Position numbers and translations under genes: made by a program. A stretch of DNA of 64,000 bases from Octopus vulgaris. Lineage: Eukaryota. The stretch spans positions 33,356,001-33,420,000 of the forward strand of contig OX597815.1 of NCBI GenBank assembly GCA_951406725.2, read 5' to 3'. Of this stretch, positions 1-10,810 are shown piece by piece (within the stretch, counting starts at the first letter, position 1; each line of letters begins with the position of its first letter). The notes below the pieces were generated by a model. It was not told the DNA's origin and searched no databases. It worked only from the letters and a program-made list of their open reading frames with translations.

Positions 1-600
1 CCTACTTCTGAATGTCCTCCAGCCACTCGCCTGCACAATGTTGCCATCTTGGTAATATTCACATGGAATGTTGCATCATTGCTCATGCGAACTCCCAAGT
101 CACGCATCAACTCTGACTCTGAGATCATATCACCTTCTGGTTCAAGATATTCCGATTTTAGCCTGGTGTTGCACTGATAGTGAAGTGCCTGAACTTTCAT
201 AGCATTGAACCGCGTGTTATTTTTGTTAGCCCATTTCATTCAAGTCATTCTGAAGTTTTATGATACCCTCTGAGTTCCTAACTGCCTGTGATACTTTTGT
301 GCGTCAGCATAACTGGTCAGATTAGCTGACTGTACCGTGGAGGGTATGTCTAAGAGGGCTACCACAAATAGTAGTGGTCCCAGTATAGTTCCCTTGTGGG
401 ACTCCGATGAGAAATGATGTCTCTTCAGAGTGAGCGCCGTTGGCTACAACTGTTTGACTCCTGCCCTTCAGAAAGTCATGCAGTTAGTTTCCCAGTAATA
501 CCAAGGTTTCGCAGCCTATCATGCAATACTCAACCTTGTCGAAGGCCTTGGCAAAGTCGAGGTATATCACGTCTACACCCGATTAGTTTAGCTGTTGTTT
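1..600 (-). pseudogene. Decayed CR1/L2-clade LINE reverse transcriptase fragment (runs off window start)
   Basis: Minus-strand translation gives VDVIYLDFAKAFD (~540-576), GVPQG/TILGP (~378-405, frameshifted), LTSYADA (YADD-like, ~301-320) and MRDLGVRMSND (~75-110). Indels and stops are present. Confidence 0.85.
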
Positions 601-1965
601 CACTATCCAGTCAAAGTGCTCAAGTATATATATTACGATTTGGCAATTGCTTTAGTCCACAATTATGAGAGATTGATTTTTCATATTCTTACAACATAGC
701 CACTGTAGTTCGTACCTTCCTTAAAATTAAACGACCTTCTTTCTACTTGAAACGACGGCAGCCTCTTATTTTCCTTTGTGCGTGCGTGCGCGCGTGTGTG
801 TGCACTTTGTCTGTGTCCGCGTGTGCTTGTTTTTAATGAAATGTTGCCGATTAAAATAAGAGCAGTTAGAGTTAAAATAGTAACAGCCAATTAGGAAAAT
901 ATCGAACGGCAAAATGAATACCAGACCAAAATATGTACTGGGGTCACTGGAATCCATTAAAAAATTTCTGAATACTTTCTACAACATGGTCGTAGTTCAA
1001 TGACTAAAACCAGAAAATGAGTAAAAGAATAAAAAAGTAATGTTATTTCAATATGTACAGCTTTATAACTTTCATTGTTCTTCATTTTCCTTTCATTAAA
1101 TTGTGTCAGAAGATTATATAATAAAATATAAAATATATTATACTTCCTCACTAGTGCCCTAAAGAAACATGTTAACCAACTAATGTAATAAAAACGTTCG
1201 ATAACAAAACCTTCCTCTATCCCTGAAATACCTTTTTAAACTGAAAACAAAACTTATTGTTGGAGAAGATCAATAGAAAAACACTACAAAAATTTTGAAG
1301 AAAATTGTAAATTTACATTTGGAAGTAAACAATAATAATAAGTTGTGTTTTCAACATAATGCAAATCTGAGCGGATTTGCATTCAATATTATTGATCTGT
1401 TTTCAAATCCTATTTAACTACTTCTATTTCACAGAATATTAAGCAGTTTCGATTTTTAGAAAGAAATGATGCAACGAGTAAAAGTTTCTTAAAAATATTT
1501 AATGTTAGAACACTAAACGGAAAAGGAATTTGAAATTTATAAAAATGTTACAGCATAAAAATGTTCATACATTTAGAAACATAGTATTTGATGCAACTAC
1601 CTCCAAAAATGGAGTGGAGAAAATTGCAAGACAGTTGGGTGGACACAGCTTGCATGCTTAATTTGACAAAGATTAAAGATAACACAGGTAACTTCACAGA
1701 GATTAAAGATAATGTAGGTAATGAGATGTAAATGAACCAGAGACTGAAGAAATTTAAAGATTGTTCAAACATGTTTAGCGAGGTGAATCACTCAAAAGAG
1801 AGTAACGATCTAGAAGCTGTGGAATAATAATTGTGTTAACACTAGTTTGGATCCTCAGGCATAAGTGGTAACTGCCTGAGTACATAGTATTTTTCATCTA
1901 AAACGAATTTATATATAAATACACACACACACATACACACACCAAACATATATATATATATATAG

Positions 1966-2168
1966 TTAATCCTTACATGAAAACACAAAGAGAAAACACA
2001 ATAACGCGAGGACATGGAACAAGTATAGTGCTTTTGGCCGTTCAGGAAAGGAAAGAAAGAAGGAGGATTTAACGTTTCGAGCGGAGCTTTTCGTCAGAAA
2101 CATAGAAAAAGGAAAGGTCCAAGGAAGGAAAGACGGAGAAAGAAAATCGCCAACGATACACACGCGGT

Positions 2169-2170
<2 letters not shown>
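1966..2170 (-). mobile_element. Penelope-type terminal-repeat fragment between (TA)n/(CA)n tracts
   Basis: Carries a minimal hammerhead motif (2067-2101). The 1966-2066 part recurs in reverse complement at ~46050-46150, so it is an interspersed repeat. Confidence 0.6.
2067..2101 (-). ncRNA. Minimal type I hammerhead ribozyme motif
   Basis: Minus strand reads GUUU-CUGACGA-AAAGC-UCC-GCUC-GAAACGUU^AAAU: both core boxes, short helix II with a mismatch, palindromic AACGUU helix III and a 4-bp helix I. Confidence 0.6.
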
Positions 2171-2201
<31 letters not shown>

Positions 2202-2202
2202 G

Positions 2203-2258
<56 letters not shown>

Positions 2259-2351
2259 TAGAAATGGTAAGACTACAAAAGAATGAAAGAGACCTTGATA
2301 TTATGTAAATAGAGGAATTTATATCTGTAAATGTAATATGTGACAATCATT

Positions 2352-2431
2352 CGGTAGCCATGATAAAACTCCGAGTTTCGGATGTCGGGGTGAAAATCCA
2401 CGCCACCATCTCTTCAGTTATCCGGCCACCG
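2352..2431 (-). ncRNA. Type I hammerhead ribozyme (left arm of palindrome)
   Basis: Minus strand: CGGUGGCCGGAUAA-CUGAAGA-GAUG...CAUCC-GAAA-CUC-G-GAG-UU^UUAUCAUGGCUACCG. Helix I is 14 bp with one bulged A, the CUGANGA/GAAA core is intact, and the cleavage triplet is GUU. Confidence 0.72.
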
Positions 2432-2470
2432 GAAAAAATGGTATGAAAAATCTTTTCATAGCATTTTTTC

Positions 2471-2550
2471 CGATGGCCGGATAACTGAGGAGATGGCGGC
2501 ATGGATTTCCACCCCGACATCCGAAACTCGGAGTTTTATCATGGCTACCG
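2471..2550 (+). ncRNA. Type I hammerhead ribozyme (right arm of palindrome)
   Basis: Plus strand: CGAUGGCCGGAUAA-CUGAGGA-GAUG...CAUCC-GAAA-CUC-G-GAG-UU^UUAUCAUGGCUACCG. Same fold as the left arm; the core differs only at the variable position 7. Confidence 0.72.
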
Positions 2551-2580
2551 AATAATTCTCACATATTACATTTACAGATA

Positions 2581-2632
<52 letters not shown>

Positions 2633-3139
2633 AATAATCACAGAACCAAAAGTTGATATTTTGTATGTATGTATGTATGTAGACAACATTGTACATTGCT
2701 GTTGTCTATTTAAGTTTATACCCGTAATCGAAAGTATATGTAGATGGTCAAGCCGATAAACTAGCTGCTTGGGTTGTGGTTCTTTATCGGTTACCAGCAG
2801 TACCTTGTATCCATAGTTACATCATTTTCAAAGAATGGAGTTTGGTCTAAATAACTGCTCCATCCTGAATGTAAAATGGATAAGAGCTGCTTGTTTTTCT
2901 ATCAATAGCCTATTTTGGGAAGGTTTTTTTTTCTCCAGTATTAAACTATGTATAGTTCAGGTATATGAAAATATGGTGGATGAAAATAAAATCTATGATG
3001 GTACATATAGCAAGAAACACGTAACCAGGGAATATTACATACGAATAAAAAAAATATGATCTCCAGAGTTGTATGCGTGTCTTTGCTGTACTAGTACCCA
3101 TACGAATATCTGAGTCAGTCGAATAAGTACTTGATAAAA

Positions 3140-4580
3140 TCCAGGTTAATAACATTAAAGCTTGAAGATTTTGAGCCAATAGCACAAATACGAACATTGA
3201 TAATGATATTCACCGCCTCTTATACTATAAGCATGCCTGAAAGCGACTGCAGATTCATTTAAGTAAGTACTATACTATACTTTTCTATACTGTACTATAC
3301 TATGCTCTATAATCTACAGGTATTGAGTACTTTTTCTTTCGCTTACAAAATGAAAATGCGCACATACGTGTTTGTGTGTGTATGTGTTTGTGTGCGCGTA
3401 TGTATGTGTATATCCAGGTTAATAACATTAAAGCTTGAAGATTTTGAGCCAATAGCACAAATACGAACATTGATAATGATATTCACCGCCTCTTATACTA
3501 TAAGCATGCCTGGAAGCGACTGCAGATTCATATAAGTAAGTACTATACTATACTTTTCTATACTGTACTATACTATGCTCTATAATCTACAGGTATTGAG
3601 TACTTTTTCTTTCGCTTACAAAATGAAAATGCACACATACGTGTTTGTGTGTGTATGTGTTTGTGTGCGCGTATGTATGTGTATATCTGTTATCTTTATA
3701 GCACTTTCGCACATCTGTTTACAGCAGAAGCAGCGGGTATTTTGTTCTCATACATTTATGCATATATGTACGTGTGTGTGTATGCAACTGAGCAAAACAT
3801 CTCAATTACTGTGTAATTTTATCATGTTACAAACCCTGATAGTATGTGTTTGTGTGCGCGTATGTATGTGTATATCCAGGTTAATAACATTAAAGCTTGA
3901 AGATTTTGAGCCAATAGCACAAATACGAATATTGAATAATGATATTCACCGCCTCTTATACTATAAGCATGCCTGGAAGCGACTGCAGATTCATATAAGT
4001 AAGTACTATACTATACTTTTCTATACTGTACTATACTATGCTCTATAATCTACAGGTATTGAGTACTTTTTCTTTCGCTTACAAAATGAAAATGCACACA
4101 TACGTGTTTGTGTGTGTATGTGTTTGTGTGCGCGTATGTATGTGTATATCCAGGTTAATAACATTAAAGCTTGAAGATTTTGAGCCAATAGCACAAATAC
4201 GAACATTGATAATGATATTCACCGCCTCTTATACTATAAGCATGCCTGGAAGCGACTGCAGATTCATATAAGTAAGTACTATACTATACTTTTTTATACT
4301 GTACTATACTATGCTCTATAATCTACAGGTATTGAGTACTTTTTCTTTCGCTTACAAAATGAAAATGCACACATACGTGTTTGTGTGTGTATGTGTTTGT
4401 GTGCGCGTATGTATGTGTATATCTGTTATCTTTATAGCACTTTCGCACATCTGTTTACAGCAGAAGCAGCGGGTATTTTGTTCTCATACATTTATGCATA
4501 TATGTACGTGTGTGTGTATGCAACTGAGCAAAACATCTCAATTACTGTGTAATTTTATCATGTTACAAACCCTGATAGTA
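3140..4580. repeat. Higher-order tandem duplication (A-A-B)x2; unit A ~273 bp, super-period ~736 bp
   Basis: CCAGGTTAATAACATTAAAGC recurs at 3141, 3414, 3876 and 4150. The B block TGTTATCTTTATAGCAC...CCCTGATAGTA occurs at ~3688 and ~4424. Duplicate ORFs 3302/4038 and 3575/4311 are offset by 736. Confidence 0.95.
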
Positions 4581-4939
4581 TCAATAATTCCAACAGTTTA
4601 AACAGCCCCCGTCAGTACGAAAATTAAACTGAAGTTACTTTAGATTATTCGACATTTAATAGAGCTGCAATAGCGAAGCTTAACAACGGTATCGCAAGGT
4701 TTTATTTGTTAATTGTTTGTCATGTAGAATTTATTGCTTAAATAGGCAATTACTTCTAAGACTTCGAAATTGATGATACTACTTCAAGGTTAAAATACGA
4801 AAACTACTTTATCGAACTTACAAAGGCAGCGAAAATTAGTGCCGTTCTTTTAATCACGTTTCATCATTTTATTCATTTTTCATGGTTCATGAAATGGTGG
4901 GAACAAATTTGATAGACTCTAACAACATTTATAGATGTA

Positions 4940-5506
4940 TTGGGCTGTCCGGAAAGTTCGTGCCGATTTTTAAAGGAAAGAAAAAGGTCAATAAATACTT
5001 GCCGTTACATTTTTAATCAAGCAACTATGAACCATTTTGTTGCACAATGCGTCTCCATCTTTCCTTTTACTTGAAAATACCACCCTCCCAAAATAGAGGT
5101 GGTTTCATGGCAAAGAATTCATCAAGGTATCTTTTTACGTCATCCAAGGAATTGAAATTTTTACCACTAAGACTATTCTGCAGAGACCTGAATAAGTGGA
5201 AATCCGAAGGAGCAATATCTGGTAAATATGGAGGGTGGGGTAACACATCCCACCCGAGCTGCAGCAATTTTTGTCTGGTTCCCAAAGCATCAAGTGCCGA
5301 AAATGAACTTTCTTAATCTTCCATTTTAAAAGGTTACAAAATTAACACATGTTATAGGAAGAGAAACCTTCTTCCACGAAAAGATAGCTTAAACTGTGCT
5401 CTAAATGAAGGTGTAGTCAAATCCTCTTTTATGGACTCAACCATGTTCTAAAATAAGTCGAAAGGTAAGCTATTATAAATCGGCACGAACTTTCCAGACA
5501 ACCCAA
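4940..5506 (-). mobile_element. Internally deleted mariner transposon (non-autonomous)
   Basis: ~30-bp TIRs TTGGGCTGTCCGGAAAGTTCGTGCCGATTT / AAATCGGCACGAACTTTCCAGACAACCCAA with TA on both sides (4938-39, 5507-08). The C-terminal transposase remnant 5067-5285 has HPPYLPDIAPSDFHLFRSLQN (YSPDLAPSD motif). Confidence 0.93.
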
Positions 5507-5524
5507 TAACTTGTTGAAATGGTT

Positions 5525-5951
5525 TTTACTCTCTTTACTCTTTTACTCTTTTACTCTTTTACTTGTTTCAGTCATTTGACTGCGGCCATGTTGGAGCACC
5601 GCCTTTAATCGAGCAACTCGACCCCGGGACTTATTCTTTGTAAGCCCAGTACTTATTCTATCGGTCTCTTTTGCCGAACCGCTAAGTGACGGGGACATAA
5701 ACACGCCAGCATCGGTTGTCAAGCAATGCTATGGGGACAAACACAAACATACACGCACACACACATATACATATATATACATATATACGACGGGCTTCTT
5801 TCAGTTTCCGTCTACCAAATCCACTCACAAGGCTTTGGTCGGCCCGAGGCTATAGTAGAAGACACTTGCCCAAGGTGCCACGCAGTGGGACTGAACTCGG
5901 TACCATGTGGTTGGTAAACAATCTACTTACCACACAGCCACTCCTGCGTCT
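5525..5951 (-). mobile_element. tRNA-derived SINE family A (CORE-like body, internal (TA)/(CA) tract, (AGAGTAAA)n tail)
   Basis: Minus strand has an A-box-like TGGCTGTGTGGTAA, a B-box-like GTTCAGTCCC and a CCTTGGGCAAGTG CORE-like segment. About ten copies occur in the window. Confidence 0.88.
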
Positions 5952-6019
5952 ATAATATTGTTTTCATTCTTTTTTTTTTTTTTTTGGTCGGGGTGCGTTT
6001 GCTTCTCACGTTTGATGTT

Positions 6020-6220
6020 ATCGTCGTCGCTGTTGTTATTGTGCAACTGATGTTGCTGCTGCTGCGGCAGCGGCGGCGACGGCGGCTATTGCGGCTGCTG
6101 CGACCGCTGCTGCTACTGTTATTGCTGCTGCGACCGCTGCTGCTACTGTTATTTCTGCGGCTGCTGTTGTTGCTATTGCTGCCATTGCTACTATTGCTGC
6201 CACTGCTGCTTCTGCTGCTT
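6020..6220. repeat. Imperfect (CTG/CGG/TTG)n trinucleotide repeat
   Basis: Direct inspection. Confidence 0.85.
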
Positions 6221-6406
6221 AGTCTCAGGTTAGTTAGCCCTATAAAACAGACTATAGAGAGGTGATATTTATCCCAACCTAAACGTGGATTTCTGTTATA
6301 ACAAACTATACTGTGGTAGTTGCCATGAGAGAAACTCTCATATTGGCTTTTGGTTCCAAAATACACTCTTGTTTATATCGATAACGGGGAGATAAATCCC
6401 CACCAC

Positions 6407-6484
6407 CTCCAGCGCTGAGACCACCAGGTCTCGTGATTTCGACCTTTCTTGGTCTCGTCAGTGATGGGCGCTCGGCCTCTAGAG
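6407..6484 (-). ncRNA. Degenerate type I hammerhead ribozyme with extended helix I
   Basis: Minus strand: CUCUAG..GCCGAG..CCAUCA-CUGACGA-GACC-AAGAAA-GGUC-GAAA-UCACGAGACC-UGGUGG..CUCAGC..CUGGAG. Core and helix II are perfect. Helix III and the cleavage site are two substitutions away from AUCACGUGAU-C. Confidence 0.68.
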
Positions 6485-6500
6485 ATAGCAGCAGCTCAGT

Positions 6501-6690
6501 GGAGGCACAATGGCTCAGTAGTTAGGGCGGCGGACTCGCGGTCATAAGAACGCGGTTTCGATTCCAATACCGGGCATTGTGAGTGTTTATTGAGCAAAAC
6601 ACCTAAGCTCCACGAGGCTTCGGCGGGGAGGGGTGGTGAACCCCGCTGTACTCTTTCATCACAACTTTCTCTCACTCTTTCTTCCTACTT
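6501..6690 (+). mobile_element. tRNA-derived SINE family C (5' part)
   Basis: GGAGGCACAATGGCTCAGTAGTTAGGGCG (A box) ... GGTTTCGATTCC (B box), followed by a non-tRNA body; no matching acceptor stem. Confidence 0.7.
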
Positions 6691-6969
6691 CTACCACAAA
6701 GCAGAGGGATCATGGTGTAACCCACTATGGTGTAGTAAACTTTCAGACCCTAGTCTAGATTGCGAATCCTCTGTACCCCAGGATGGTTCACTCTCCACCC
6801 GTTAAAAAGTTTACGGAATGAGGATAACAACGTAGCTTTCGCGCCCGTGCAGCCGCCAGTCTATCGCGTGTAGTGGGAGGATCTTCAAGTTGCCGCACGC
6901 ATTCTTAGTAGCTTAGAGTAGGCTCGAATTAATGATTATTCTTTGTGGCTAATGGCGTAAGTCCTGATT

Positions 6970-7114
6970 AGAAGAAGAAGAAGAAGAAGAAGAAGAAGAA
7001 GAAGAAGAAGAAGAAGATGATGATGATGATGATGATGAGGAGGAGGAGGAGGAGGAGGTGGAGGATGATGATGATGATAGGGGAGGAGGAGGAGAAGAAG
7101 AAGAAGAAGAAGAA

Positions 7115-7152
<38 letters not shown>

Positions 7153-7263
7153 GGGGGAGAAGAAGAAGAAGAAGAAGAAGAAGGAGAAGAAGAAGAATAG
7201 GAAGAAGAAGAAGAAGAAGAAGAAGAAGTAGAGGAAGAAGAAGAAGAAGAAGAAGAAGAAGAA

Positions 7264-7306
<43 letters not shown>

Positions 7307-7494
7307 GAGGGGGAGAAGAAGAAGAAGAAGAAGAAGAAGAAGAAGAAGAAGAAGAAGAAGAAGAAGGAGAAGAAGAAGAAGAATAGGAAGAAGAAGAAGA
7401 AGAAGAAGTAGAGGAAGAAGAAGAAGAAGAAGAAGAGGAGGAGGAGGAGGAGGAGGAGGAGGAGGAGGAGCAGCAGCAGCAGCAGCAGCAGCAA
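6970..7494. repeat. Compound (GAA)/(GAT)/(GAG)/(CAG) microsatellite
   Basis: Direct inspection; it explains the poly-S/L/F ORFs. Confidence 0.97.
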
Positions 7495-7944
7495 CTCATC
7501 AACAAGTGTTTCATTAGCTTGAGTAAAGAATTCAAATCGTTGGTTATATTTTCGATGCTGATCGAGCACTAAACACACAATATCGCGACAGCACATTAAA
7601 TTATGCTTCTACAATCAAATGGATTCTAGAAGTTACCACTTTGAGTGTGTATTATTGTTTTGTTTTGTTTTGTTTTATGATGATGTTGCTATCGTTGTTT
7701 CTATATCCAACATCTGCAAAGTTTCCGCCAGCTAAATGCCACTCATCCGGTATTGGTCAGCCAATGGTATTAACAAATATAGAATACAACGTACCTTTAA
7801 TTCTTCGTTTCCTGAATTAACCCAAACTTATAGCATGAACCGCAATCTGCTTATATGTTAGTTAGTTAGTTAGTTAGTTAATTTGGCTCAAAAGCAAATA
7901 GCAAGGCCATGTAGGGGGACAGGGAGTTAAGTACAGGGTGGTGT

Positions 7945-10810
7945 TCATGTAAAGAGTTCAGGCCACTTGAGGTCAAGGGAGGCTTTGAACAAAGCGGTCG
8001 TCGGCATCTTCACCATCTCGTCTGGCAGCTTGTTCCACGGATCCGCAACCCGGACGGAGAAAGCTCCTCTCCTTCGATTGAGATGAAATCGTCGCAGGTA
8101 GAGCTTTTCGGAATGACCCCGCAGCCGACGCTCTGGAGCAGGAGTGAAGAACAGCTCTTTCGAGAGGTTACACTTTCCGCTTATGATGTTGTGGGCGAGA
8201 ATGAGATCACCACGGCGGCGGCGTTTTTCAAGAGAATAAAGGTCGAGCGTCCTCAGCCTTTCTTCATAGGACAAATTTTTGAGACCATGAACCATGAGGG
8301 TAGCCAGCTTCTGGACTCTTTCGAGATGCTGTATGTCTTTGAGGAGATAAGGAGAAGAGGCTTGAATCCCGTACTCCAATATGGGTCTCACCAGCGTGAC
8401 ATAGAGTGGTAGGAATATGGCTGCTCTGAGCATTCCGAATGACCGTCGAATCAAGAACAGAATTCCGCGTGCTTTGTTGGCAGCATGGACGCACTGGGCC
8501 GAAGGCGAAAAGGAAATCCACCAAGATACCCAGGTCCTTTACCTGATCGGTCCTCTCCAGCAGCAGACGACCCGGCTCGAAATCAAGTTGAGTTGCAGGA
8601 GGAGAGCCAACAGGCAGATGACAGCACTTTGACACGTTCAGACACAGGTCCCATTCGTTAGACCACTTCCAAATTTGGTGGAGGCATCGACGAAGATCCT
8701 CTATATCACCGCGAGGAGCGACCAGTTTGATATCGTCGGCAAATAGAAGGGTGTGTTGCGTGAGGTCGTCGGGCAAGTCATTTATGAAGACTAAGAACAA
8801 TAAGGGCCCAAGCACTGAACCTTGAGGCACGCCACTGCTCGCACTGGAGACGTCGGACCGCGAACCATTTACTTGGACTTGGAAGGAGCGATCTGAGAGG
8901 AAGGCACCAACCCATCGTACAATATCCGGATGGAAACTATATGCTTGAAGCTTGACAAGTAATAGGCGGTGGTTTACCGAGTCAAAAGCTTTGGCAAAGT
9001 CCAATAAAACGATGTCAACAGCATCACTATCATCGAGGATGCGCGTCACCAATTCTTTCCATTACCAGTAAGTTGGTCAAGCATGATCTCTTCGGCACGA
9101 AGCCGTGTTGGGAATCAGAGATAGAGGCTGTGTTTTGGAGGTGGAGCATCATACTTTTCTTAAGGATGGTTTCGAACATCTTGCTGATTATTGATGTAAG
9201 GGAAACCGGTCGGTAGTTAAGCGGGTCTTCGCGGCTCCCTTTCTTGAAAATTGGGCAGATTATCGCTGTTCTCCAGTCCGCAGGTATAACACCCGTCGCC
9301 AATGACATATTGAATAGACGTGTTAAGGGCTCGCAGATGACCGGAGCCAACGCTTTGATAACCCGTGGGTGTATGCCGTCAGGGCCGTGACCCTTGTTGA
9401 CATCGAGGCCTTGAATAACACGTTTGACTTCGTCCCGCGTGATGACCAATCGAAGCATTGGAGGTACCGATCTATCAAATGGAGGGGGTTCACGACCATC
9501 ATCTTGTTTGAAAATAGTTGAAAAAGCCTCGGCAAATAATTGACTCTGTTGATAGGGGTCCTCAATCGATACGCCTGTTGAGTCTACCAACGTTGCAATC
9601 TGGTTGTTCAAGCGGGAATTCCGTTGGACATGGGCAAAGAAGGTTTTTGGATTGCTACTGGCATTTGCCGCGATTTTGTATTCATAACTGAAGCGTTCTT
9701 CCTTTTCAATTTTCACGGCTCGGTCTCGTTGAGTTTTGTACACCTCAAAAGCTGCAGTCGAATCCAGATTTTTGAATTCAGCCCAAGCAATATCTCTGAG
9801 TCGACGTTCTCGTTTAACCTTCTTCGTCACCCAGGGCTTGTGTTTCTTCTTCTTGGGAAGCCCAACGGGAACTGCCTGGTCAGTCAACCAGATTACATAT
9901 GCTTTGAGGGATGACCATAGTTCGTCAACTGAGGACAACGTCATCAGGGATCGCCAGTCCAGAAGCGCGGATGCCTCGGTTAGAATTTCAAGATTAATTG
10001 CAGAGAAGACTCTACGTGGCAGCGAAGTAGTCGTGGGCGTAGAAAAAGTTGTGTGCATGACGAACTTCAGGACCGCATGATCACTCTTGGCAAGAGGGGC
10101 GCACACAGATACGTCTGACACTGATCTTGGATAGCGGGAGAATACCAGATCCAGCATAGATGGCTGCTGCCCAGACCGATGCCTTGTCGGATATTCAACA
10201 TGTTGCGATAGAAAACAATCTTCAGCCACGTCAAGAAGGGCCTGGCCGAACCGGGAAGATGTTGTACAAATTGATGCGGGCCAATCGATCGTGGGAGCGT
10301 TGAAGTCTCCTAGTACCAAACAGTCATGCGAAGCTGAAACGAATCTTATCGCTTCGAGTAAATGAGCATCGTCCTGGGGGTCGGCAACACGGGCAGGCAA
10401 AACTCGGATAGGCTCAGCTTGCAATAGACGGCATCGAATTTTGTTGTAGGTTGAGCATTAGTGGGTAGAATACCGCTGGACGGTTTGTGCTCAGATTTAA
10501 CATACACAGCAACACCTCCACCTCGCCTTTTTTCTCTGTCACATCTGAAAAGGACGTAGCCCTGCGGGTGGATTTCTGAGTCCTTTACTGCTGGAGTCAG
10601 CCAAGTCTCGGTGATAGCTATCACATCAGGGGAGTCACGTATGGCCAGTGTAAATAGTTCGCTGAACTTTGGAAATAAGGAGCACGACTTGGTATAGACG
10701 ATGCTGAGCTGTGAAGTTTGAGGGGCGGGAGTTGGGGAACAAGCAGAATAAGGGGTATCAGAGATAGCATCGTTGACGGGGGTAGCTACTTTACTTCGAC
10801 TCGCCCTCAC
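7945..10810 (-). pseudogene. LINE ORF2 (AP endonuclease + reverse transcriptase), three frame disruptions
   Basis: EN motifs IAITETWL, GGGVAVYVK, LGDFN, LDLVF and SDH. RT motifs NYRPVSLTS, QHGF, LDFAKAFDSV, GVPQGSVLGP, FADD and KDLGI; C-terminal RRRRGDLI and WNKLP. Frame breaks at ~10410, ~9057 and ~8510. Confidence 0.93.

Larger units (their letters stand above)
2320..2582. repeat. Long palindrome/foldback, ~130-bp arms with 3-nt loop (2450-2452)
   Basis: TATATCTGTAAATGTAATATGTGA...TATGAAAA atc TTTTCATA...TCACATATTACATTTACAGATATA. The arms differ only by scattered substitutions. Confidence 0.95.

Noticed and set aside
1854-1888. Hairpin CTCAGGCA/TGCCTGAG followed by ATAG as a Helitron 3' end or terminator
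   Set aside because: Spacing and terminal tetranucleotide do not fit CTRR, and no 5' TC end was identified.
3140-4580. CRISPR-like or coding repeat interpretation
   Set aside because: The units are ~273-bp near-identical blocks without unique spacers; eukaryotic context and no cas genes.
5716-5955. Recurring peptide family ...DGLLSVSVYQIHSQGFGRPEA... and MRNWYL... ORFs
   Set aside because: Antisense translations of SINE families A and B, not a gene family.
6501-6575. Functional tRNA gene
   Set aside because: A and B boxes are present, but the acceptor stem does not pair and the sequence continues into a SINE body.
6936-7596. Long poly-S/L/F/H ORFs (also 24264-24843, 43769-44377, 44648-45079, 57973-58582, 63389-63863)
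   Set aside because: Translations of microsatellites or low-complexity DNA; no coding signal.
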